Below, piece by piece: positions 1 through 12,600 of a DNA stretch of 64,000 nt. The position numbers were made by a program, and so were the translations under genes. The notes under the pieces are model-generated. The model was given only the letters and a program-made list of their open reading frames with translations. It was not told where the DNA came from and did not search any database. Each line of letters opens with the position of its first letter. Within the stretch, counting starts at the first letter, position 1. The stretch lies in NCBI RefSeq assembly GCF_000150275.1, contig NW_002060948.1, positions 372,001-436,000 of the forward strand, read 5' to 3'. This DNA comes from Trichoplax adhaerens. Taxonomy: Eukaryota; Animalia; Placozoa.

Positions 1-1308
1 CAATGATTCCCTTCAGAACAGAAAAGTACCTTTACATTTTACTCAGCGTATATTCGTAAATAACTATAAATGTCATTATTTGTTATTTAGATGAATGTAA
101 ATGAATTTTCATTCTACTTGCTGAGAATATCATATGATATTTTTCAGAACAGAAAAACAACTAGTAATGTTACCCCTATGTGTATCTCATTAGCAATTTT
201 ATAAAATTAGATTTTTAGTATTGTACTTGCCGCACGCTTCAATTTTTATTTTCACCTATTAAAGAACTTCAATAGTACTGGTTATAATAAAAGAATATCC
301 ATTCATACTATATTATATAGTACTATATAATAAATAGTTGTCGACCTATTGTGCACGCAAGCCATTATCATTTTTTCGATATGCAAAACACGTAAAAAAT
401 TATTATAACTATATTTCTTCATCTATTTGCAAAGAACTGAAATTTATTTACTAGTTGGTGTTATAAAATAATAAACAACAATTTTGCTATTTAATGTCTA
501 ATATTCTTTTCAATAATAAAGATTAGTAGTAAGTGTAATTGCTAAAACTGTCTTTCCTTTCATTTCGAGATTCAGATTACAGATTTTCATTCACCTTAAA
601 ATAAATGGATATTAATATTTATAACAGCTAAGTTGGGAAGGTAGTAAGCTGATAGCACTAAAGTTTTAAACGTGTTTAAGGTATTACAGTATATGCTGTG
701 AAGCAATGGAAAAGGGTCTTTTCCATCTTGTAGCATATACGAAGACCAATATTATATTAGTAGATTAAATTTTCATATACATATCTAATACTATTTTAAC
801 TTGTAAAGTACTAAATAACCTGACAATTTCTTATTACAAACGAGGACTATTATGATTTCTAAAGCAAAATTATGCTAATAAAATACGGTTTATTGGATAT
901 TAATCCATCGTATTTCTATCAATTGTTAACCTAATTAATGCTAATAAAAACAAATCAGAAATTAATCCAATTGTATTTCTCTTCATCAAGTCATTAAAAA
1001 AATTCTAATGCAAATACAGTGAGTCTTACATTATATCTAATTAATATTCAAATGCTTTTATAATATTGATTATACATAAAGTACGGTCATAAATAACTGT
1101 CTTCCTATTTATGATAGATGAAGATTTCTATGATATCTAATACCAAATATTGCTAATCAATATTAACCCAATTGTATTTCTTATCATTTAATTCATTAAA
1201 AATTCGAGAGCAAATATATTTACAATTAAAATTTAATCAACTTATTAATAGTCCATTTATATGCGCTTGCGTAGTGACCAGGTGTTCCCAGCTGTTGTTG
1301 CGGCACCT

Positions 1309-1322
1309 GTTGCCTTAGCAAC
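1309..1322. promoter_or_regulatory. RFX X-box (GTTGCCTTAGCAAC), ~320 bp upstream of the SAXO/EF-hand gene ATG
   Basis: Matches X-box consensus GTNRCC-N(0-3)-RGYAAC; near-palindromic; lies in a GC-richer patch within AT-rich DNA. Confidence 0.75.
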
Positions 1323-1640
1323 AAGTTGCAGCATCTTCAATACAATCAATGATTACGACCTAGTTAGGTTGCTAATTGAGCGATTTCATATTAATGTAGT
1401 TGAATTGGCCTAGGCTAAGAGCTATCAAGAAGTTATACTATTTCATATACTCGGATAACTTTGGAATTGGATGCTAGTGTCACATTTTATTTTCCTTTAA
1501 CTTGCAGTTAAATTAACCATCAGAAGTTGATTGTATTAGCAATATTTTTAATTCGCTAGATTATAAAGTCCTAGAAAATAATTCACTATTTAATATAAGA
1601 TTAATTTACGTATCACTGTCACTCCTTCAAAATTGTAAAG

Positions 1641-4600
1641 ATGTCGTCAACAACTATCCACGATCAGATGATTCGAAATAGACGAGAGAACCTGTATGGC
1701 ATCAACAGAAAGCTAGAACAAAATGGTATAAAAACATTGCTACGAGAAGATCATGTCTTTCTACAGGGCGAATATTCTGGAGATCAGCCTGATATATTGT
1801 GGACTAGTGAGACAGCAAACGCCTATTTTAAGGTAATTTAGTTTCATCGTCTTGATAGAAAAGATAATCCTACATGCAAAAGAATCCAGCTTATCGTATG
1901 TTTAAATAGAGATCATCTCATTCTTCTTGCCAGGCTAAGAGTATTGATAAATATAATATGCAAACTGATCTCACACACTTGCTAATGTAGTAGAGACAGA
2001 CTATAGTAAAAATGCATCTAAACTCAACTCTATTTTGATATAACTGTATCCACACCACCTATATGTTAGCACCGAACATTAGTATATATAACTAATGCAA
2101 TCAGCAGTGGAAACAGAATAATTTATGTTGTTAATGAAATTATTTAATTATTATAATATCGCGAATGCTTTATTTGCCTAAACGACAATAAATTTCGGTG
2201 CGATCTAGGAGTATTAATGAATTAATAGCCAATCATAAACTCTAGTGACCAAAGCAGGCTGTCAGAATAAGCACAAATCACGACAAGGGGGTTATCATTT
2301 AAGTATGTTACTCTAAATACAAATTTGTAGAGCCATCCACCATTAATTTCCTTCTACAAACTAATATAATTATACTGTATAATGGCAGTAGACATTTGTA
2401 ATATTTATGATTAATAGCGACTACTCTCTATATATACCAGATAGCCTTGCTGACTTAGTCTTTAGCACTCTGTAATCTGACACTTATTAAACGATCAAAT
2501 TATTCTACTTAATGGACTTTCGCAAGTATAGAAGTCCGATTATAATAAATTAGTCTGTGGTCAGAGTATTGAGAAGATTATCAAATTATTTTTTATCATA
2601 AATTTATCAAGCTTAAACTGGATTAATACAGACCAATGCATGTGATCAAGCTATTTTCCGTCGTGATATTCTTAAGCTTAAAATTTGATTAATGTAAACT
2701 AACCTGATATTGCTAGCTGTAAAACGCAGATATCTCGTATAGAAGATATTCAGGTTCCATACTTTCTTACTTAGTACTTTAGACATTCAAAATAGCCATT
2801 AGGAGGGTACTGTATATCGGTGAATAACAGTAAGATTAAGTTACGGCTGAGTACGATGGGGTTAGCCAAAATTGTACATTATGCATTCAAAAATTTAACG
2901 AATCGTTTTTGCTTCGCTATAGAAATTATTATTATGAAAGCTGCTTATGTGCACACCTCGCAAATAATTATTCTCGAATAATTCTTAAATTTTTTATCGC
3001 TACGATAGTGATTGTAGTATATAAATGAAAATTTTCAACCGAACCTCTCGTTTATAACAATCATATATAGTTTCTAAATTTAAATCATGAGAGTTGAATT
3101 GATTACGCTAGTAGTATTCAAAATACGAGTTGCTGGGATCGAATGCATCAACTACCTAAGACTTTCATGTGATAGAACAAATCTGATTTTTTACTTCATA
3201 ACTTTAAACTCTATAGCAAAGGGCCGTTGAAAATACTACAAGCGATGAAAGAAAAAGAATATCTAAAAAATTAGTGGTGAGTATATTACAGAAAGCGATT
3301 GCTTAATACCACTAGATGACCGAGAATTCTGTTTGGTACTAATTTTTTCGTCATTAAATTCTAGGCTACAACCCATTTTAAGCTTGGATCAGATTATGAT
3401 GCTTATAAGCAACAATCCCTTAATAAAGATGATTTCCAAGCTAAAGCATATTCTAAGGTAGGGTACAGTATGGAGACCAATGATTCGTAATATTAGAAGA
3501 TTTTGCATATTGAATTACCATGTTATTACAAGATTGAGCTTTTCTTGCTAAGATTGATCATCATAAAATCAATGATTGAAATCATAATATAATTTGACAT
3601 ACTTTTAACAAATATTGCAATAATTCATTATTCGTTATATAGCTAATCCAAAATATTACATAAAATGACATTTTGGTGCATTATACGAAATAGTTGTCAT
3701 ATTTTAGTCTAATTTCTTTCTAGTATCATTCGATCTTAAAATCAACCTATTATCAAATATAGTTAATAAGGAGCCCTAGCGATACTAAAAGAATCTAATG
3801 TTTTATAATTACTTTCAATTTAAACAGCTACAACCACTACGACAGGAAATGAGTAAAAGTCATATTAATGTAAGTTCATAATTAATGTATCTATTACTGC
3901 ATTAGATAACAGTTTATTCTGCAATCATAATTTTACACGAAAATTATTTACCCATTTCTACTAATCGATCTAAAATATTAATATAGAATCAAGTTAGATA
4001 CTTATAATAAATAATTAGACAAAGAGACAGATACAGCTTTAAATAAAATTTTTTACTACTATAACACTATAGGAATTAACTGGCCAATATGCAACAGAAA
4101 AAAACTTTGGTAAATCGGTCTATAGTGAGAATTATACTCAGGATGAGGTATAGTATTATTGCGTTGAAAGATTTTAAGATTATCTTACTATTTTTACAAT
4201 ACCTATAGGCGTTAGTATACTCTATTATCATTCAATATCATTTTAAACAGGCATGGCAAAAGTGGAAAAATGATTCTTCAAATATCAGTAAAGATACGAC
4301 TAAAGAAGAAACACGTGAACTTATTAAGAACTTGAGATCGACGCACTTTTCACTAGGCAGTGATCCCTCAGTTAGGTAAGCCCTCCAAATTTTCTAAATG
4401 CTTACCTTCCGTATCCCTAACTAGAATAAATTAATCAAGAAGTGATGAGTATTTGCAACTTGCACTATCCTTATCATTGTCATAATGTTATTTCACATGC
4501 TTATTTATACTAGATTCGAAACTCAAAGTAAAAATGATTACGTTAAGCTCCCATTTGTTGCCCATCAAACTCCTGTTGGCTCTAAAACTCTACTTAAAAG

Positions 4601-7600
4601 CGGCCAATCGCATGTTTTTCGAGATGGTGATTACAATCGCGATCATAATCTGGCTACAAAACGATCGACTATGACCCGTGATTTTCGTCATAATGAGAGT
4701 AAATCGAGTAATGCAACAGCATCAGCTCTTTCTGGAAAGCTTGATCCAAGAGATTTTAGTTTCAAACATCAACTTAATTCTGCGGATATTTATGGGTATA
4801 TAATCGAAAGATAACTTCCTAATTCAGTAGCTTTACTTCGATTACTTGTTAGCTTGTTCTGATGTTTAGAATTCTTCCCGTGTATATCAAAATATAACCG
4901 GATACAATTGCAATCTATGGTTTTAATTTTTAGTAATTTTAATTATATCTCAAAGATCCTTAGTTATCTTATTTAACCGTTTTTATTCATTTCTGGGTGA
5001 TATAATAGGAGTGGATTTCTACCTATAGCCACATTAAAGGAAATATGCAAGAAAATGAATCTGCAATTAAGTGATAATGAGTTTGCAAGCATCATCACGA
5101 TGTGAGTTGAAATTTCAGTGTACTTCATCATTTCCTATTAATAAATTACCTTAATTTTTCCTATTAGGTGTGATGTAAACGGTGATGGAAGCATCGATCA
5201 TCAGCAATTCGCTAATTATGTCCGAAGTAAATCTTTAATATATTTTGAATTATATTGATTCGATCCTATTTGCCTAAAATAAATATATAACGGGTCTTGA
5301 TGCTTGCTTGCAGACGTCTTAAATCGAAGAGATGACGAAGTATTGGTGAAAAAAATAAAAAGTGGCTATATAGGCCATCAAGAAGGTGACCGATCGAAGA
5401 ATTTTCACGAAATCCATAAAATGAATATAGCCCACAACATTACAGTAAGTTGCAGAAAAGATCTAAATTGAACAGTTTAGTTTGACTCTGTAGAAGCTAA
5501 TCGGTTTTGATATAAATGAATTTTCTGCTCCTTCGATTTATAAGTACTAAACAATACATAACTACGTGGATTTACAAAATGTAGTTATAGTAGATATGGA
5601 TAGAAATTACGCGATTGAAGATACCAATACGCACATTTAGTATATCTAGCGTATAATTAATTAGGCTGGTTACCCAATAACCTAGAATAGAATTTTTATA
5701 TTTCTTTCATTAAAAGAAAAATACATTCTGAAAATAAAATTCGTAAAATAGAATAGACTATAACTATAGTTTACAGTTTGTTTGAAGAGTTATAAAATTC
5801 TTAGTGATAAGAAAAATTAACTCGCTATTCCTACGATGATCGTGGTGGATGAAGAGTATAAATTATTTATAGTTTGTTATTTGGCAATTACATCATGAAT
5901 TAGTGGCATAGTGCATACATAACTATTACAAAGATAAAGAATTTCATATTCTTATATATTGACGATTCGATAGGCTAATTTGCAAGTTTAGTATTAAATT
6001 AAAATAATTTCTGAATTGATAGAATAACAGTAGGACAAAATTCAATGTCATAGACGCCAAACTTTTTCTAACTAGTATAATTCAGTATGAAAATAGCTTA
6101 CCCTTTATTTCTTACTAATGTGCAATTTTAATTTTTCTGTTTTTTATTAGTTTGGTAGTACTGATGCAGGCATGGATTCCACCTATTTTAAAGGTAGGAA
6201 AGTTAAAGAGTTTGAAAATCTGATATTAAATTTGTTCACATCAATACGAGATAGTTCAATTCTCTACTAAATGAATTGATTCTATAGCATTTCGAATACA
6301 TGCACATGCTTACACTTTCCTTATTTAATCTCTTCTAGATTTCGCTGTTGATCATAAAATTGCGCGAAATAAAGCTTTTAAAGCTCCTACCGATTCTCAA
6401 TTCATGCATATCGATGAGCATGAGTATTTATCATCGCAACATCAATTAGAATTTGTTAATCATGCAAGCAAGATTACGCCTGAAGCGGTAAGTTTTTGAA
6501 ATAAAGCAATAAGATAAATCCCATCATGCTCCAATTCAAGAAATTTTAAATTCGGTTGCTATTCTTTACGTAACTATTAGAAAGCACAACAAGCGAAAGA
6601 AATAGAGAATGTCAGAAGTAAACATGTGGCTCAAAATATTAAATTATCATGTAATGATGACATCGCTAAAGAGGATAGAATCCAATCAGGTAAAATCAAT
6701 GTCGAAGTCAAATTCTTAATTTGAGCTATCAGAAGATTAGGTATTTAATTTTAGTGAGCCAAATGAAACATTAGTAAAGAAATTAAATCTGTTTGATCAA
6801 ATCTTAACCAATAGTCTCATTTCAACGGATCTCTTTGATTTAAATCAACGAACCAATACTTATTTACGGCACTTATTATCATAGTCGCTAAATCTATGTA
6901 TCATTCTGTTGAATTAGCTTCTAAGTTTATTCCTCAACTAGATGATACTAAGCTGGATATGCATTAATAACTCTAATTAAACTCTTACTAAAACAGTAAG
7001 CCAAGCGACATTCAAAGGATATGATGGCACTCACAAGCGAAGTCCAGCTGATCTTCTCTCCTCTAAATACAATACCTTCAAAGAAGATGGTTTTGATTAC
7101 CTTCCACCTTCAGAAGCTCAGCAAGCCTATGTACCACCTATTGGTGACATAAGTCAAAGAATCGCTCTATTAAAAGAGGAACGAGCTAACCAGAAAGTAA
7201 TGAAAGGGAATGCAATTGGAACACATTTTATTCTTGGATCCGATCCAAGTGGACGAATATCTGAACACGTAAGATAATAATATAAAAATGTTACCATTTC
7301 CAGCTTGACAGTTATTTTGATATCCTTTGTCGAATACGTACAATTTATTGCTCTATCTATGACTAAATCTTAGCTTAATTCTTGAGTAAATTTTTATCCT
7401 AAAAATTATCACTGGCATACATTAATTATGTAGCAGTAGAATAAGAACCAGAGTCTTAAAAGTAGAATCTAAGTAGTATCAGTCATCACGCAATCAGCTA
7501 TGATAGCATGTCTTAAATACTGAATTTGCTTTATAACTACCTTATTTTAGGACGAAAATTACAATTATACTTGGGAAGATATGAAAAATGTTAAAGCTGC

Positions 7601-9181
7601 TGGCGTCATTGATAAAGCTGTTGCTCCGCCATTTACCCATCTAAATTACAGGTAAATAAAGCTCTTTAAGTAAATTATTGGTGGTGGTAGATATCATTGC
7701 CATAATCAATATAATTCATATTATAAAGATTTACTCAAGATACTATTATGGATACCTATGCTAGTATAGATGTCTAACTTATCCTAGTTCGTTCCTTCCA
7801 TCTGTTCTTTCGTATCCTGTACTCTATCATTGCTACTTATCAGATTTCACGCTCCCAATATCTATCGCCTATTATATTTACTGCATTCTATTACCAGCTA
7901 AGATTATTATTGATAGTATTTAAATAACTATTAAATCTGGAATCAGGATAAATTAACATTTTACGTATGATTATATTTTTTATATAGTGATAATGTCGAG
8001 ATTCGAGATGAAACTGAATTGGACGAAGCAACACTGTTAAAAAATCAATTAGTTGACGAAGCGCGAGTAAAATACCTAAATCCAAGAGATCCTTTAAATA
8101 TGAACATTAGAAGAGCATTCCTTGAATATGATGTTGATGGGTAATGGAAAATTAAAAAGATATAAAATAAGTGGTTGATGCCTTCACCTATTCTGCTAAT
8201 TCGCTAGCAAATTCAGTAGTAGGGGACAATAGTCAGCCGTATCTTAAAATTTGAAGTTTCTATATAATCTTTCTTATATTTATATTTTTATAGATCTGGC
8301 ACAATTGATCGATCAGAACTGCAACAAGTCTGTAAAAAACTAAACCTGGTTATAAATGAAGAATTGCTAGATAGGCTTATGTCAGAGTAAGAGTTAATAT
8401 TAGCTTAAATAATTCCATGTTGCGATGAATAGAAACTCACCTTTTTAATCCTGATATTATATTTTTAACGTCAAATTATAACTACTCTTAGGCATCATTT
8501 AAAGTTTGCTGATCAATATTGTTTCCTGTAGGTACGACACAAACGGTGATGGACAAATTGACTATAGTGAATTTACAAGATATTTAATCAAGGAAAAGGT
8601 TCCTTTAGGGATTAAAAAAACAATCCTAAAATCCGTTCAACAAGATGACTTCAAGCCATTAGACCAGCGAAGGTAGAATCAAAATATTTTGATTATTAAT
8701 ATTAATTGATCTATACATACACGATTCGAAGAAAAAATAATATCAGCAGCTAATCTGCACTAATCCTCAACCTTTACTGCAACATATATGCTTATGCCAA
8801 TGTTATCGAATTATTTTGATTTTTATAGTTGGACGGAAGCTCAAATACGTAATTTTGAAAGTAAGAAAAAAGAAGAACTTATCCCCTTAATGGATAGCCA
8901 TTTCTATGCTGGTAGTTATGAAGGTAACTGAAAAATATTTTAACATGTGTTACGGAAATAAACACTTCAAAATTATGCCAATCATGCATTCTAACGATGA
9001 AATATTTATAAAAATATTCTGCAGAACCGGTAGAATCAATTACTAAAACGGACTTCGTCAGACCGGAATACATGCAAGGTAAGCCATCCTGATTCATATT
9101 TAATTCTAACAAAAATATGCAGATTTCTAATAACTTAAATGATCTTCTTATGCAGATAAAACTGTTTATCGTTCGAACTAA
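1641..9181 (+). CDS. Multi-exon protein (~795 aa) with repeated THFxLGSD and Mn-like motifs plus two EF-hand pairs; probable ciliary microtubule-inner protein (SAXO/TEX45-like)
   Basis: GT-AG exons in continuous frame: 1641-1832, 3217-3276, 3365-3457, 3828-3869, 4073-4147, 4251-4375, 4514-4795, 5009-5101, 5168-5226, 5314-5444, 6151-6193, 6339-6487, 6581-6689, 6997-7268, 7551-7651, 7988-8140, 8294-8386, 8532-8672, 8829-8923, 9025-9078, 9156-9181 (2388 nt). EF loops: DIYGSGFL, DVNGDGSID, DVDGSGTIDRSE, DTNGDGQIDYSE. Motifs: TTHFKLGSD, STHFSLGSD, GTHFILGSD. Confidence 0.8.
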
Positions 9182-9638
9182 ACCGAAATATGTTGGGAAT
9201 AATATAATAACAGTCTCGAAGATGTATTACGATTATAGTGACGCAATTTTAGATGACGTTTACCAGATGTCTTTTATATGTATTATTAAACTCTTTAATG
9301 TTTTCAATTTACATAAATTCAATTAATCATTAACGGCGTACTGTTATACGTACAAAACCAGACAATAATGCCAGAGTGGATGGCAGGCATAATTTTTGCA
9401 ATATACATATCGAAATATACACGCATATGATTTACTGTACAATAGAAATAGATAATTACTTGTGCCAGAACGACATTAAATTAAATGCAAATGTCAACTT
9501 CATAACATAATTTGATAATTTATGCAGTAATTAATCAAATCATATTTACAAAGTAACCACGGTTGTAACTATATTATCGCCGAAATTTCAATAAATTTTT
9601 GTTACCATCATATTAATTCGACATTATATAAAAGTTTA

Positions 9639-12600
9639 TCAAGTAGACAGGCAAGCTTGCTTAATTAGTTTCTCTCTTTCCGGTGGTATGCAAGTATTTA
9701 TTAAAAGTGATCTATCATTACCCTCTAAAGGCTTTACGTATCTGAATATGTCTGCTGCCCATACCTGAAATATGAAACAATTACAACTCAGCAATTTCCA
9801 AATTATTTGAAAGCATAATCTAGAGAATAACTAAAACTTAGAAATCTACTACCTCTCCTTCATGCTGACATATTTCCTTGATCATGTACTCCCTAGTGGA
9901 CAAATTATCTTCTCCACCTTCGAATATGAAATGACTCACATGGTGTACAGCTACGACATATAGAATTGGTGACCAGGCAGGCCTGCATTATAACAACTTT
10001 TCAGTTCAAGCATTTTATATTTGTCTCATTTTTGGTAAAACTGTACTTAATAATAAACAGATGACTTTTTAAAACAGAATACAGCTACTCCCTACCTAAG
10101 AGACTTTTGTGTTAAAGCCCTTAAATATTTTTTAACAAGTATTACGTCAGTTTCATTTGGCGTTAAATAAAGTTCCAGATCAAATAAAAGCTATAAAAGT
10201 AGTACTAGAATTAGTTTTGATGAAAATGTCATCTAAAATTTTCTTAAATGCATTACTGGTTGTTTACTAAATAACAATCTATTAATATATGTTACCTTGT
10301 TTAATGGCAGACATAAGTGCCTTATAATTCCTACATATTCACCCCATACCAAATGTCGCAGCCTGTGATCACAATGTTGCTGCAAAGGCAATAGGATGAA
10401 TGTAGCAAACAGATAATCACCAAAAGAGACTGCGTCATACTGAGTGAGTAATGATACATACCTGTTTCAATAATAATCAAATCAAAATGGCTTAGTACAA
10501 TGACGGTTTCTACGGATATGTTTTATGAACTTACAAATCATAATAAGATGTGATTCCCGGAATAGGAGCCATGAAGTTGATACTAGATAACTGATTACTT
10601 TGTACAAAAATACGCAGAAGAACTTCCAGGTACAAATGTATTGTTTGTTGAAAGAATAAGTCACTCCCTAACATTTCAAGATGAAAGAAATTATTAGGTT
10701 ACATAACCCTACACCAATGTAAGTAGGTGTAATTGCAATAAAATTCCAATTGCATAAACATGTATTCAATGCTATATTTCTAGCTTACCAATGAGGAAAG
10801 TGCACGATAGCCGTGCAATTTTAGCGGTAATGTCAATCGAAGCCATATAACTAGGATACCAAATCTCCAATAAGAAGATAAGGCGTAGAGTATTTACAAC
10901 TACACCCTCCGCATCAGATGTAGCTCTAACGGTAGCACAATTTTCTCCGTCTTGCACAGCATCACTAAAAGATATACGCATATTATCGCACCGCATAAAG
11001 TATTTAGCTAACATTTATACTATCTGAATGCAATAACTCACTCATTTAATGAAGCATTGTATAAATCAATAAGAGGTAAAAACATCCAATCAATAGGAGT
11101 TATAGTTGCATGGGGATAGGTAATGATTAAAGAATCAATTTCGAAAGCGTTGGAGTTAAGGAGATTGCTAAAAAGATAAACAATAGATAGAAACTCAACT
11201 TGTTAATAATATCCTTTAGATAATTATCAAATAGTACTCTATTACATCGATTTCTGCAACGTGGCGCTGTCTTTCCTAAAATATTGTATAATCAAGCCAC
11301 GAATGGACTGTAAATGGCTAATAGCATCATCGATTGTTTTGGTAAAGTTTGAAGGGCAAGTAAGTGATTCTGAGGCATCCGTTGAGGTCAGTGTTTTCGC
11401 AAATAAGTGGCTGAGGGTATCTGTATCATAACGCACATTACCAACTCTATATTGCATAGGAAGAAATTTTTAGGCTTTACTGGAAAATATTTAATGAATA
11501 ATATCGCGTTATACGTACAGGAAACCACGACTTTCAATTAAGTGATTAGATGCCAAGTCGAATACAATGTGTTCATCGCCACGCAAAGCTTCACTTAAGA
11601 TGAACAACACCGTTTTTTGATAAATTTCTCGGTGCACCGTTAAATCACTATCATCAGTGGAAGCCTATCCAAAGTTAAAATAATTTCATTAATAAATTGC
11701 TCAAGCGATGTAGGAGGGTCACTTGTAGTTGATTTATTACGAGACTTACGATAACGTTATATAATTTCACTAAGTAGTAATTTAAATGGATTCTTGGCCT
11801 ATTTAGATAACCTGATATTCCACTCTGTTAGCGTTAGGTTAAATCAATAAATGTAATTGTTAAAAATTTATGGTAAATTTGTATTAAATTTTTGATTATA
11901 AAATTTAATTTACTTTCGTCCTATCATATCTGCTTAACGCTATCATAAATTCCAGAATCTCAGGACGTAAGCATAACCATTTAAACTATGATAAAAGTAA
12001 AAGTGAAAGTATAGCGTTAGTAGTAATGAAGTGAACACTAATAAATTAGAGTTTATCGAACCTTCCGTGCTAGTCCTCGATGGAAATTTATAATCGAGAG
12101 AGCAAGACGCAGTAACGTACTATACAAATCGCAGAAGCAACCACAGGTAACACATAGGTGATTACATGGATATGCATGTAGAAAACGTGGCAAACTTGCA
12201 ATCTCTTTCATTTGATGATCGGAACTATTATAGTTGTAGCTCAAATTTCTGCAAATAACAGGGCTTTAAGTTACATTCCAAGATACACACGTACACGTTA
12301 TAAATCAAATATATCAACAAAAAATAAATTATAATTATGAGAGCAGATAGGAGTTTTAATTTACTTAAGAGACTGCAAAAGGCTAGAAAACAATCGACTC
12401 TCAGATATTTTGCACAGGAAATTATTAACAAAGCTTTCCATTTCTTCTAAATTCTCTATTACATTCTTATTTTGAGTCATCTGTAAACAAAATAACAGTA
12501 ACCAAGAGAGATATAAAATAAAGTTATTTACAGCATATCTTACATACCTGTCGTTTTAGTCCCTCAATAAATGACGAAATAACTTGCAGTGAACTGGTTA

